Assembly (NCBI GenBank): GCA_046328995.1
Contig: JAXLVN010000003.1
Location: 431,784 to 495,783, forward strand
Length of the DNA stretch: 64,000 nucleotides
From: Candidatus Kapaibacterium sp.
Lineage (GTDB): Bacteria > Bacteroidota > Ignavibacteria > Kapaibacteriales > UBA961
Direction: 5' to 3'
The translations under genes and the position numbers were made by a program. The notes below the pieces were generated by a model. It was given only the letters and a program-made list of their open reading frames with translations, did not search any database and was not told where the DNA came from. Of the stretch, positions 56,128 to 64,000 are shown in pieces. Each line of letters starts with the position of its first letter. Within the stretch, counting starts at the first letter, position 1.

Positions 56128-57428
56128 GATTCACTCTCCAAAATAAAGTGCTGCCGCGTGAGCACATAGGTCGCAATGAGTATTCCAATCTCAAGCAGTA
56201 AGATTGCAATTGCCATGCCTATATGAAGATACGTATAGGTCAGTACCAGCATGAGGATAATTCCCACAATACTTGCCGAGCTGTGAAGCGTAGAAAACAG
56301 CTTGAAATTTCCACTGATAATAAAATAATGAACCCTGAAAATATTGAAATTTGCCACGGCTGCACCGGAGATGAGCAGGCGAAACGTACTGATAATTTCG
56401 GGATTGGATTTGCCGGATATCAGGTGAATAATCCAGGGAGCCATCGTGAGACACCCAATGAGCATCACGGCCGTATAATAAGATGCGTAGCGCTGAAATG
56501 TCCGGAGCATTCCGACGGCATGTGCACGATTTACCGAATATAAATGATTAAGCCGGGGCAGCACTGCATTGAGCAGCGTCATGAGGGGAAAGACCTGAAA
56601 AATACCCGTCACACGCTGTGCGACAGAGTAGTAACCGGTAATTGTTTCGGAGGCGAACAAGCTAAAAATAAACACCCGCGCCTGAGTGTAGAGATTGATC
56701 GACACACCGGATACGAACGTGTTCCACCCCTCGGCAAGCTGCAGTCTCATCTCATCCATCGTGGGCATACGAAAATACACTTCCAGCTTTCGCCGGGCAA
56801 TCACAATACTCGATAGGCCAATGACAATCAGGCCGGTAGAATTGATAATCGGAACATAAATATAATCCGCTTCCTGCTGCACAAAGAGAAGCGTGAGACC
56901 CAAAACTATCGCTCGTGCCGTAATATTCAGCAGTGAAATGTAGCGCATTTTCTCGAGTCCCTGAAAGAGCCAGATAGGAAACAGCACATCGCCGATAATT
57001 GCTCCAAAACTCCATAAATAAAGGGGCCTCTCCCGTTCAAACTTCGGGAAAGAATACGTGAGCCCAAGTACAATACAAAAAGTAAGTAGCATGAATATCG
57101 ACTTTAGCACCATCACCGCACTATAGACCTCACCTACTTTGCTGCTGTCTGCCCGATGAATGGATATCTGCCGCGAGGAAGAGTACGAGAATCCATAATT
57201 GGTTAAGAGCAGAAATATCCCGAGAAACGAAGATGCAGTTTCTGTAAGACCATATTTTTCAGTGCCTAATGTTCGTATGAGATAGGGAAGCAATATCAGT
57301 GGAAATACATAGCCCAGCACCTGTACTGTCGAGAGTGACAGGAAATTCTCCAAAATTTGCCGGGAATTTCGCCCCTGTAGCCGAGAGGTAATTTCCGATA
57401 GTTTATTCCAGCCGTTGGGCAATGCCAT
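56124..57428 (-). CDS. Oligosaccharide/polysaccharide flippase (Wzx, MOP superfamily)
   Basis: 434 aa, 12 TM; N-terminal ..NFLSLSTVQVLGYVFPLILLPYLIRTLGTEKYG.. typical of Wzx. Confidence 0.65.
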   Translation of the reverse strand: MALPNGWNKLSEITSRLQGRNSRQILENFLSLSTVQVLGYVFPLILLPYLIRTLGTEKYGLTETASSFLGIFLLLTNYGFSYSSSRQISIHRADSSKVGEVYSAVMVLKSIFMLLTFCIVLGLTYSFPKFERERPLYLWSFGAIIGDVLFPIWLFQGLEKMRYISLLNITARAIVLGLTLLFVQQEADYIYVPIINSTGLIVIGLSSIVIARRKLEVYFRMPTMDEMRLQLAEGWNTFVSGVSINLYTQARVFIFSLFASETITGYYSVAQRVTGIFQVFPLMTLLNAVLPRLNHLYSVNRAHAVGMLRTFQRYASYYTAVMLIGCLTMAPWIIHLISGKSNPEIISTFRLLISGAAVANFNIFRVHYFIISGNFKLFSTLHSSASIVGIILMLVLTYTYLHIGMAIAILLLEIGILIATYVLTRQHFILESES

Positions 57429-58257
57429 GCAAAAAACCTTTGAGTAAACTTTTTCGAGTGGCAGAATCGCCTGTGTTACGGAGTATTTTAAGAAAGTAGT
57501 ACAGCGGCCTCACCAGCTTAACGGGGAATGTACCATATCTCATGTCAAGAAGGATGATGTTGCGGAGTTCGTAGTATGCCTTCCATGGAGGCGATGTTCG
57601 GGTGACATACGGAATCTTCCGCTCCATCCGAGCAGCAATGATAATCAACGCCCGATATCCTGCACGGTGAGCTCGGATAAAATAATCGGAGTCGTCGGCA
57701 AAGATAAAAAACCTCGCATCGGGCAGACCGATTGATTCTATTACCGAGCGATGGAGTAGGGGTCCTTCAAAGGTCAGCCCTTCGGCATCAAGAGTTTTCG
57801 CGCCGAGAATTGATTGTGGAGTAATCATCTTTTTCCACAATGATTTGAATGGATTCGTAAAGTTAAATTCGAGCGTATCCTGCGGCAAGGCATCGCTGGC
57901 GGCCTCAAAACGAAATGGAGCGCGAATACGGGACGAAGGGGAGATACCGAGGAGCTGCTCAAGGCAGTCGGGCATGGGCACGACATCATCATCCATGCAC
58001 CATATCCAGTCATAGCCGTGCTCGAATCCATAGCCGATACCTCTGGCGAATCCGCCGGCGCCCCCGCAATTCGGCTGCGTGATGACGGTGAGGTCCGTCT
58101 GCTGTTCGAGCCAGGCAAGAGTCCCATCCGTGCTTGAATTATTGATAATAATAATCTCATCGAGTTTTCGCGATTGCCCGCGAAGCCCTGCGATCGTCTC
58201 TTTCAGTAAGTCGAGTCGATTGTACGTGACGACCATAGCCGCGATTGTTTCAGTCAC
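57403..58257 (-). CDS. Glycosyltransferase family 2
   Basis: ..AAMVVTYNRLDLLKETI...IIINNSSTDGT.. and ..WCMDDD.. DxD motif. Confidence 0.7.
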   Translation of the reverse strand: MTETIAAMVVTYNRLDLLKETIAGLRGQSRKLDEIIIINNSSTDGTLAWLEQQTDLTVITQPNCGGAGGFARGIGYGFEHGYDWIWCMDDDVVPMPDCLEQLLGISPSSRIRAPFRFEAASDALPQDTLEFNFTNPFKSLWKKMITPQSILGAKTLDAEGLTFEGPLLHRSVIESIGLPDARFFIFADDSDYFIRAHRAGYRALIIIAARMERKIPYVTRTSPPWKAYYELRNIILLDMRYGTFPVKLVRPLYYFLKILRNTGDSATRKSLLKGFLHGIAQRLE

Positions 58258-58269
58258 AAGCAGCGCCTT

Positions 58270-59046
58270 TTATTCTTTGGTAAAATGAAACAGTCCGCAC
58301 GCGTAATTCGATGCTGCTAATACTGATTGCTCCATTGTCGGGAAATAATGATTCTCATCGTCAATTCCCGAGAGCCGCACTAGCTTGAGGTCCGAGAAAT
58401 ACTCGAGTATCGTTTCGGGGGCATGAATTCGATGGGCATTGTAACAGAGTCGGGGCTTGCCGACCGGTAACGAAAAATACAGATTACCACCCTTGGCAAG
58501 GACACGGGCGAGCTCTTTACAAGCTTTCTTGGTACCCTCGGGGTCGAGTGGGTCACCGTAGCGTCCGAGTCCAATGTGTTCTGCCACGTGCAGGCAGGAG
58601 AGGGAAGGAACAGAATTATCCTCAAACGGCATGGCAAGAATGCTCCCCGCCCGGGAGTCGAAATTCGTTAAATCAGCTAGCAATGGTCTGATATCTATGA
58701 ATGTTACGTGCGTTACAGACGTGAGCATTCCGACATAGTCGATCCGTGAAGCCACATCGACATGCCAGGGAGTTTTCGAATCGACCACATTCCGAAACGC
58801 CCATATATCCTGATAAAAGTAATGCCGTAGAAACGGCGTCGTGGACGTCTTGTCATGAATATTCGGATACGAATCGATGAATCGCGTTTTTTCAGCGCCG
58901 GGCATGCGTTTGTAGCGCAGCCAGTCGCCGATAAAACCCACCATATTCGGTAGTGCCCGCACGAGCTTGACGGGATCGACAAACGCGCTGATCCAGCGAT
59001 AGCACAGGTAAGCGAAATTTTTTAAGGGGTTGTTGAATCGAACCAT
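58270..59046 (-). CDS. Putative class I SAM-dependent methyltransferase (DUF268-like) of the polysaccharide cluster
   Basis: ..HVDVASR..VTFIDIRP....MPFEDNSVPSLSCLHVAEHIGLGRYGDP....LKGGNLYFSLPVG, a Methyltransf_11-like pattern. Confidence 0.45.
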   Translation of the reverse strand: MVRFNNPLKNFAYLCYRWISAFVDPVKLVRALPNMVGFIGDWLRYKRMPGAEKTRFIDSYPNIHDKTSTTPFLRHYFYQDIWAFRNVVDSKTPWHVDVASRIDYVGMLTSVTHVTFIDIRPLLADLTNFDSRAGSILAMPFEDNSVPSLSCLHVAEHIGLGRYGDPLDPEGTKKACKELARVLAKGGNLYFSLPVGKPRLCYNAHRIHAPETILEYFSDLKLVRLSGIDDENHYFPTMEQSVLAASNYACGLFHFTKE

Positions 59047-59279
59047 ACGTTACGTCTTGAGTAATAAATTAAACCTTCTGTTGCCACAAATGAGCTTCGA
59101 ATGACTGAATTGACGTGTATAATTTAAGGAATAAGATTGAATCTCCACGTACCGATTCATCATTATTTCCGACTATTGAAGTTTGGCCCTTCATACATGA
59201 TACCATAGTTTTAATCATGACGAAGATAGTTGCTTGGAGCAAATTACTGACATACATCACGCGTTGATACAACAAATCA

Positions 59280-61577
59280 TCAACGAATAACAGAGAATTT
59301 TGCAGTCTTTACTCCATTGGGAGTATAGGCGTTACAGTAATACATACCGGAAGCATACTCATTGGCATAGAACGAAAAAACAGTGTACTTTCCGGCAGAA
59401 AATTCCTGCCCCGGCAGCTCAAAGACCTTTTCTCCGCTCGTGGTTACAATCTCGAATCGAATTATACCGGTCTCGGGCACTTCAATCGATATTGAACTCA
59501 TTTCTTCAACAACATTCGGTTGAATAGAAATCATATAGTCAGAAACGAGAGTTCTCGTCGTGTCTATCAAGTCGGGAGTACCCAAGCCGAGCTCAATAAG
59601 GGTAAAAGAATGAGGAGGCAGATGAATTTTCCCGTTAAACGGCTGCGAGCGTGACAGCGGAATAATTTTATCGGGGTTGTCAGGAGTATTGGCGTCCACC
59701 ACATCGTCGCTGTAGATTTGCGATATGAGCGCATTCCGCTGTACATACGGAAAGGGAAACCGTATATCGACTTCCATGGAATCCGTCGGATGAGAGTTTA
59801 CCAGGGTATAGACAATCGTGTCTTCAGAATAAGATGCATGGGCATTCAGCCATGGTACATTAGTCCAAAAATCATAATTGTAGGTAGAAGACTCAACATC
59901 AATTTTAAGAGAATTTTTCCGGGAATAGTCATTAAACATCCGTAAGACATGATACGATGGGTCACCATAAATAACTCGTTCACCGGTGGATGAATTGCCA
60001 CTTTGAATCACACCGAAATACACGGTTTTATTCACAAGTGATATCGTTGAAGCATGATGAAGCAGTACATTAAACATCATCGCATTCCAGATGCCGGCCT
60101 GGAGACTGTAGAGTTGTTCACGGCGCTGTGTTTCGTTGGTTTGGTATAATAACTGCAGCCATTCTGTAAGGGCGATTTTGGTGTTTTTTCTCAGACCGCT
60201 TTCGTGGAGAGTTTTTTCGAGGTAATTAAACCAATAATCGACAAAATAGGGGTTGAACATTTGCATCCGATAGATGCTGTCTTTTGAATAATTATAGGCA
60301 AGTTCATTCCCCATCACATAATGCACACTGAAGAGATCGATATGTTCAGCGGCTATTTTTATAATGGTGTCATTCCATTCTTTACCCCACATGTCACCGT
60401 TAATCATAATTTGAATGGTACTATCGACTTTCTTCATAGCTCTACAGAAGTCTATATATCTATTGGCATAATTAACGGCTGTCGTATGACCGATTTCCCA
60501 GGCACCGTACTGTTCGTTGCCTATTTCCCAGAATTTTACGTTATAGGGTAAAGCATGACCATTTTTTGCTCGTAATGCTCCATATTTTGTGGTGGAATCT
60601 CCGTTACAGTATTCTACCCAATTGGCTGCGTCTTCCGGGGTACCATTCCCAAAACCTACGGTAAGCTGAGGTTCTGCACCGATTTCTTTACAAAAATCCA
60701 TATACTCATCAGTACCGAAATCAATTCTCTGATAGGCACCGATCCAGTCAATATTCGGTGACGGCCGCTGATCAATATCGCCTATTGAATATTCCCAAAA
60801 TCCGACCGGTTGGTCTGAAAAGCATCCACCCATAAAACGGATAACGGATGGTTTCCACGTGTTATACAAATTGAATTGCTCGCGCCGGATGCCATGAAAA
60901 TTGTCTTGTGCCATCACCGACGCTTCGTCCACCTCCAGTACGCCCACAGTATCGATGTAGATGACAAATTGACATTGGAATACATTTTTAATTGGTGGGA
61001 ATCGCATCGTTAGTTTCTGCCATGAATTGGTACATGTACCAAGGACTGCAGATGTGTATATTTCTTTGCCGTCAAGACTTACCAGCGCTGTGTATATGTT
61101 GCCCTTAAAACTGTCACTTCTGCAATAAACATAACATTCCGTACCGATGATGCTCGGTAATTGAATCTGTTGGGCAATGCCAAAGTTTTGTTCGGTGGTA
61201 TTCTCAATTCGCTGGTAGTACGTTCCATGTACATTGTATCCGCCATCAAGCAACGTACATTTCCCTGAATCATTCCGGGATTCCGGCCATTGTTTCCAAT
61301 GCTTGGAGAGACCATCTCCCTGATTGTCGGGCATATCAAATCCACGATTCAGGAGTTCCTGCGCCGATAATGAATTCTGTCCATTGATCACATCGTCGAT
61401 ATACTCTAAGAATCCACCATGCATTTCAGGTGAAATTGGAGTGAGGTTAGCACGGGTGGTGTCGCTGGTTCTAATCGTCGCGTGTAAATTCTGACCATGA
61501 AGCGAGGAATACTCCAGCATAGGCGCAGACAGAAGTACCAAGAACCTAAGGAGTGAATAAGTGTAAAATTTTACCAT
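59280..61577 (-). CDS. Glycoside hydrolase, GH51-like (alpha-L-arabinofuranosidase-type) with a T9SS C-terminal sorting domain
   Basis: ..VKFWEIGNEQYG.. (catalytic acid/base GNE motif of clan GH-A / GH51) and a later ..IALTEW.. nucleophile-type motif; C-terminal 80 aa (..ISIEVPETGIIRFEIVTTSGEKVFEL...GMYYCNAYTPNGVKTAKFSVIR) is a T9SS CTD. Confidence 0.55.
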   Translation of the reverse strand: MVKFYTYSLLRFLVLLSAPMLEYSSLHGQNLHATIRTSDTTRANLTPISPEMHGGFLEYIDDVINGQNSLSAQELLNRGFDMPDNQGDGLSKHWKQWPESRNDSGKCTLLDGGYNVHGTYYQRIENTTEQNFGIAQQIQLPSIIGTECYVYCRSDSFKGNIYTALVSLDGKEIYTSAVLGTCTNSWQKLTMRFPPIKNVFQCQFVIYIDTVGVLEVDEASVMAQDNFHGIRREQFNLYNTWKPSVIRFMGGCFSDQPVGFWEYSIGDIDQRPSPNIDWIGAYQRIDFGTDEYMDFCKEIGAEPQLTVGFGNGTPEDAANWVEYCNGDSTTKYGALRAKNGHALPYNVKFWEIGNEQYGAWEIGHTTAVNYANRYIDFCRAMKKVDSTIQIMINGDMWGKEWNDTIIKIAAEHIDLFSVHYVMGNELAYNYSKDSIYRMQMFNPYFVDYWFNYLEKTLHESGLRKNTKIALTEWLQLLYQTNETQRREQLYSLQAGIWNAMMFNVLLHHASTISLVNKTVYFGVIQSGNSSTGERVIYGDPSYHVLRMFNDYSRKNSLKIDVESSTYNYDFWTNVPWLNAHASYSEDTIVYTLVNSHPTDSMEVDIRFPFPYVQRNALISQIYSDDVVDANTPDNPDKIIPLSRSQPFNGKIHLPPHSFTLIELGLGTPDLIDTTRTLVSDYMISIQPNVVEEMSSISIEVPETGIIRFEIVTTSGEKVFELPGQEFSAGKYTVFSFYANEYASGMYYCNAYTPNGVKTAKFSVIR

Positions 61578-61664
61578 GTTAAAATCTTATATCTGGTAGT
61601 AAATAATAATAGGTAAGGATGAAATTTACTCGATAATCAATGAAAAAACGTGATTTACAGACAA

Positions 61665-62357
61665 TTACACGTCTGCTCTCTCCCGCGCCCACCGCGTAAT
61701 TATCTCGGCCTGCTCTTCCGGCAAAAGCGAGGATGTATCCAACAGCCGGGCATCCGACGCCTGCCGGAGCGGTGAAATCTCCCGATTGCTGTCATAGCGG
61801 TCGCGTTCTTCAATTTCTATGGCAATTATTTCTGCCGAAGTATCAATTCCTTTTCGCTGCAATTCACTTGCTCGTCGCTTGGCACGTTCGTCAATCGACG
61901 CAGTCATGAATACTTTGAGCTCTGCCTGAGGAAAAACAACCGTACCAATATCCCGGCCATCCATCACCACACCACCGCGAATACCAATTGCACGCTGTGC
62001 TGCTACCATCGCATCACGGACTGCTGCCGATGCACTCACGCGGCTTACATGCTGCGTCACCTCCGGCAGTCGAATTTCGGCACTCACATCTTGTCCGTCA
62101 AGCAGTGTGCGCTGCCCGGTCGGACTTTGTTCAAGCGTAACACTTATTGTACCCACAAGGGCTGCTAATTCATTGTCATCAAGAGAGATACCCTTGCGAA
62201 CCGCCGCGAGGGTCACTGCGCGGTACATAGCGCCGGTATCGATATAGATATAGCCCAACTTCTCGGCGACCATGCGTGCCGTGGTCGATTTGCCGGAACC
62301 GGCAGGACCGTCTAAAGCGATGATTATTCCCACGTGTGATTCGGTTGTTGATGTCAC
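61665..62357 (-). CDS. cmk: Cytidylate kinase
   Basis: ..IIALDGPAGSGKSTTARMVAEKLGYIYIDTGAMYRA.. P-loop and CMP-binding signature. Confidence 0.9.
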   Translation of the reverse strand: MTSTTESHVGIIIALDGPAGSGKSTTARMVAEKLGYIYIDTGAMYRAVTLAAVRKGISLDDNELAALVGTISVTLEQSPTGQRTLLDGQDVSAEIRLPEVTQHVSRVSASAAVRDAMVAAQRAIGIRGGVVMDGRDIGTVVFPQAELKVFMTASIDERAKRRASELQRKGIDTSAEIIAIEIEERDRYDSNREISPLRQASDARLLDTSSLLPEEQAEIITRWARERADV

Positions 62358-63058
62358 TGTACTAAACTATTAATCATTGAAATTGTCTGTGCCCGGTCGC
62401 TGAAGTCGGCTACCACCGCATCGGCACCCAATGCTCGGAGTTCATCTGCCGAATACCGTCCGGTCGCCACGGCAAGTATTGGAATTCCATTGGCTTGAGC
62501 ACAAGCCACATCGCCCGGGGCATCGCCGATGACGAGTGTATTTCTGGCAGTAAATTCAGTATTGGCATACGCTGCATGGGCTCGCTCAATCGCAAGAGGA
62601 GGGAGCATTCGTCGGTCATGATGATCACATCCGAATGCGCCTATCGGGAAATACTGCCCGAGACCAATCGGAGCAAGCTTGAAATACGCGCATTCCCGGT
62701 TGTTTCCGGTAAGCAGTGCAAGTGCCAGGGAATCATCGTCGTGGCAGTATTCGATGAGCTCCCGCGCGCCTGAGAGTGCCGATACGGTGAGAGTGGTGCT
62801 GTGTACCGGGGTGATTTCGCGGAGTCCGGCGAGGAATTTCTCGGTAACAGAATCGAGTGCGGAGGTTGATAATCCAAGGTTTGCGACGATTTCGGCAATT
62901 ATCTGCCGGTCGGTCTTTCCGGAGAGCAGCGGGACAGCCGTTTCGGGGATTTCATAGCCAAATGCCTGCAGTGCTGCATGACGCATTATCGCTCGCTGAG
63001 CGCTGCGTTTCATGGTAATAAGCGTCGAATCAATATCAAAGAGCAGGAGTTTTTTCAC
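62354..63058 (-). CDS. HAD-superfamily hydrolase (subfamily IA, phosphatase-like)
   Basis: Motif I LLFDIDSTL; motif IV ..LVIGDAPGDVACAQANG..; stop overlaps the cmk start (ATGA). Confidence 0.7.
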   Translation of the reverse strand: MKKLLLFDIDSTLITMKRSAQRAIMRHAALQAFGYEIPETAVPLLSGKTDRQIIAEIVANLGLSTSALDSVTEKFLAGLREITPVHSTTLTVSALSGARELIEYCHDDDSLALALLTGNNRECAYFKLAPIGLGQYFPIGAFGCDHHDRRMLPPLAIERAHAAYANTEFTARNTLVIGDAPGDVACAQANGIPILAVATGRYSADELRALGADAVVADFSDRAQTISMINSLVQ

Positions 63059-63156
63059 GGATAGAAAGCCGCAGAATCGGCTGAATATGTTGGCGGTTCG
63101 GGTATAATACGGTAAATTTGCCGCCGCCGATAAGCATTACGAATTACCAAAAAACT

Positions 63157-64000
63157 ATGATTATATTGGGCAAAAATACGAAGCCGCCGCTAACTATCAT
63201 CATTGTCAATTACAATGTGAGAGATTTTTTGCTGCAATGTCTGCGTTCGATCGAACGTGCCGCCACGCATACCGATGTCGAGGTCATTGTCGTGGACAAT
63301 CATTCTTCCGATGGCTCGGCGGCGTTCCTCAAGCCCCTTTTCCCACAGGTCACATGGATAGAATTGCAGGAAAATTTGGGATTCGGCAAGGGAAATAATG
63401 TGGGAATTGCCCGGGCGCAGGGAGAATACACGCTGCTGCTTAATCCCGATACAATACTCTCCGACGATACCCTCATCGTGATGAAAGACTACATGGATTC
63501 CCATCCTGAAGTCGGTATTTCCGGTTGTAAAGTACTCAATGCAGACGGCTCTTTTCAGGTGCAATGCCGCCGCGGATTCCCTACTCCGTGGGCGAGCTTC
63601 TGTAAGCTCTTCGGACTCCAGAAACTTTTCCCGACCTCACCGCTGTTTGCGCGGTACAATCAGACGTTCCGTTCTGAAAACGACGAGTATTATGTCGATG
63701 CACTCATAGGTGCATTTATGTATTGCCGCACCCCGATGCTGCAGTCACTCGGCGGATTCGACGAAGATTTTTTTATGTACGGTGAGGACCTTGACCTCTG
63801 CTTCCGTGCGTCGAAAGCAGGATGGAAAACGGCATATTATCCCAAAACTACGACCCTCCATTTCAAGGGAGAAAGCACGCGCCGCAGCTCGATGAATGAG
63901 GTTAAAGTGTTCTATGAAGCGATGGTTATCTTCGCGCGCAAGCATTATGGTCGATCGAAACTCTTTCTCTTCCTCCTTCAGGCAGGTATCTGGCTCCGGT
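63157..64000 (+). CDS. Glycosyltransferase family 2 (3' end beyond the window)
   Basis: My own translation from the ATG at 63157: MIILGKNTKPPLTIIIVNYNVRDFLLQCLRSI...VVDNHSSDGS...; later ..YGEDLDLCFRA.., the GT2 ED motif. The frame is open to the window end. Confidence 0.7.
   Translation, partial: MIILGKNTKPPLTIIIVNYNVRDFLLQCLRSIERAATHTDVEVIVVDNHSSDGSAAFLKPLFPQVTWIELQENLGFGKGNNVGIARAQGEYTLLLNPDTILSDDTLIVMKDYMDSHPEVGISGCKVLNADGSFQVQCRRGFPTPWASFCKLFGLQKLFPTSPLFARYNQTFRSENDEYYVDALIGAFMYCRTPMLQSLGGFDEDFFMYGEDLDLCFRASKAGWKTAYYPKTTTLHFKGESTRRSSMNEVKVFYEAMVIFARKHYGRSKLFLFLLQAGIWLR

Noticed and set aside
1-64000. CRISPR arrays, restriction-modification, toxin-antitoxin or other canonical defence systems
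   Set aside because: There are no regularly spaced direct repeats with unique spacers, no Cas-like motifs, and no methyltransferase/endonuclease pairs. The only DNA methyltransferase-like folds are small-molecule or sugar methyltransferases in metabolic context.

Overview
This 64 kb window looks like chromosomal DNA from an FCB-superphylum bacterium (Bacteroidota/Ignavibacteriota/Chlorobiota-like), with about 50% GC and mostly minus-strand gene orientation. The lineage inference rests on several T9SS-type C-terminal sorting domains, a DUF3078 barrel and a beta-propeller/Y_Y_Y sensor kinase. Housekeeping genes I recognise from motifs include trxA, plsY, murG, guaA, rseP, dxr, an RNase E/G family gene, pfkA, mrdA (PBP2) and cmk, plus tRNA-Pro(GGG) and a small SRP (4.5S) RNA. 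The first 8.3 kb is a tightly packed co-directional island for reactive sulfur handling: a persulfide-dioxygenase/rhodanese fusion, four rhodanese-domain proteins, a TauE-like exporter, three small Cys-motif membrane proteins, a TehB-like methyltransferase, a multicopper oxidase with a DUF2202 ferritin-like lipoprotein, OsmC and thioredoxin, bounded upstream by a Crp/Fnr regulator. I rate this island the strongest candidate for a partly undescribed system. Also present: a beta-propeller sensor histidine kinase with no receiver domain; an envelope cluster (SPOR protein with a 30-nt tandem repeat, POTRA-less Omp85-like barrel, GT2-TPR-GT2 protein); an ion-channel pore fused to a roughly 450-aa Cys-ladder beta-helix ectodomain; two tandem roughly 1030-aa PKD-domain T9SS cargo paralogs with mosaic nucleotide identity; an intact IS5-family insertion 13 nt upstream of a TPR gene; three copies of a GTAGGGGC...GCCCCTAC palindromic REP/MITE-like element flanking a DUF3078 gene; a surface-polysaccharide cluster (Wzy/WaaL-like, Wzx, GT2, methyltransferase); and a GH51-like T9SS cargo protein. 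No CRISPR array and no recognisable restriction-modification, toxin-antitoxin or abortive-infection module were seen. All calls come from reading the sequence and motifs by eye; no database search was possible.
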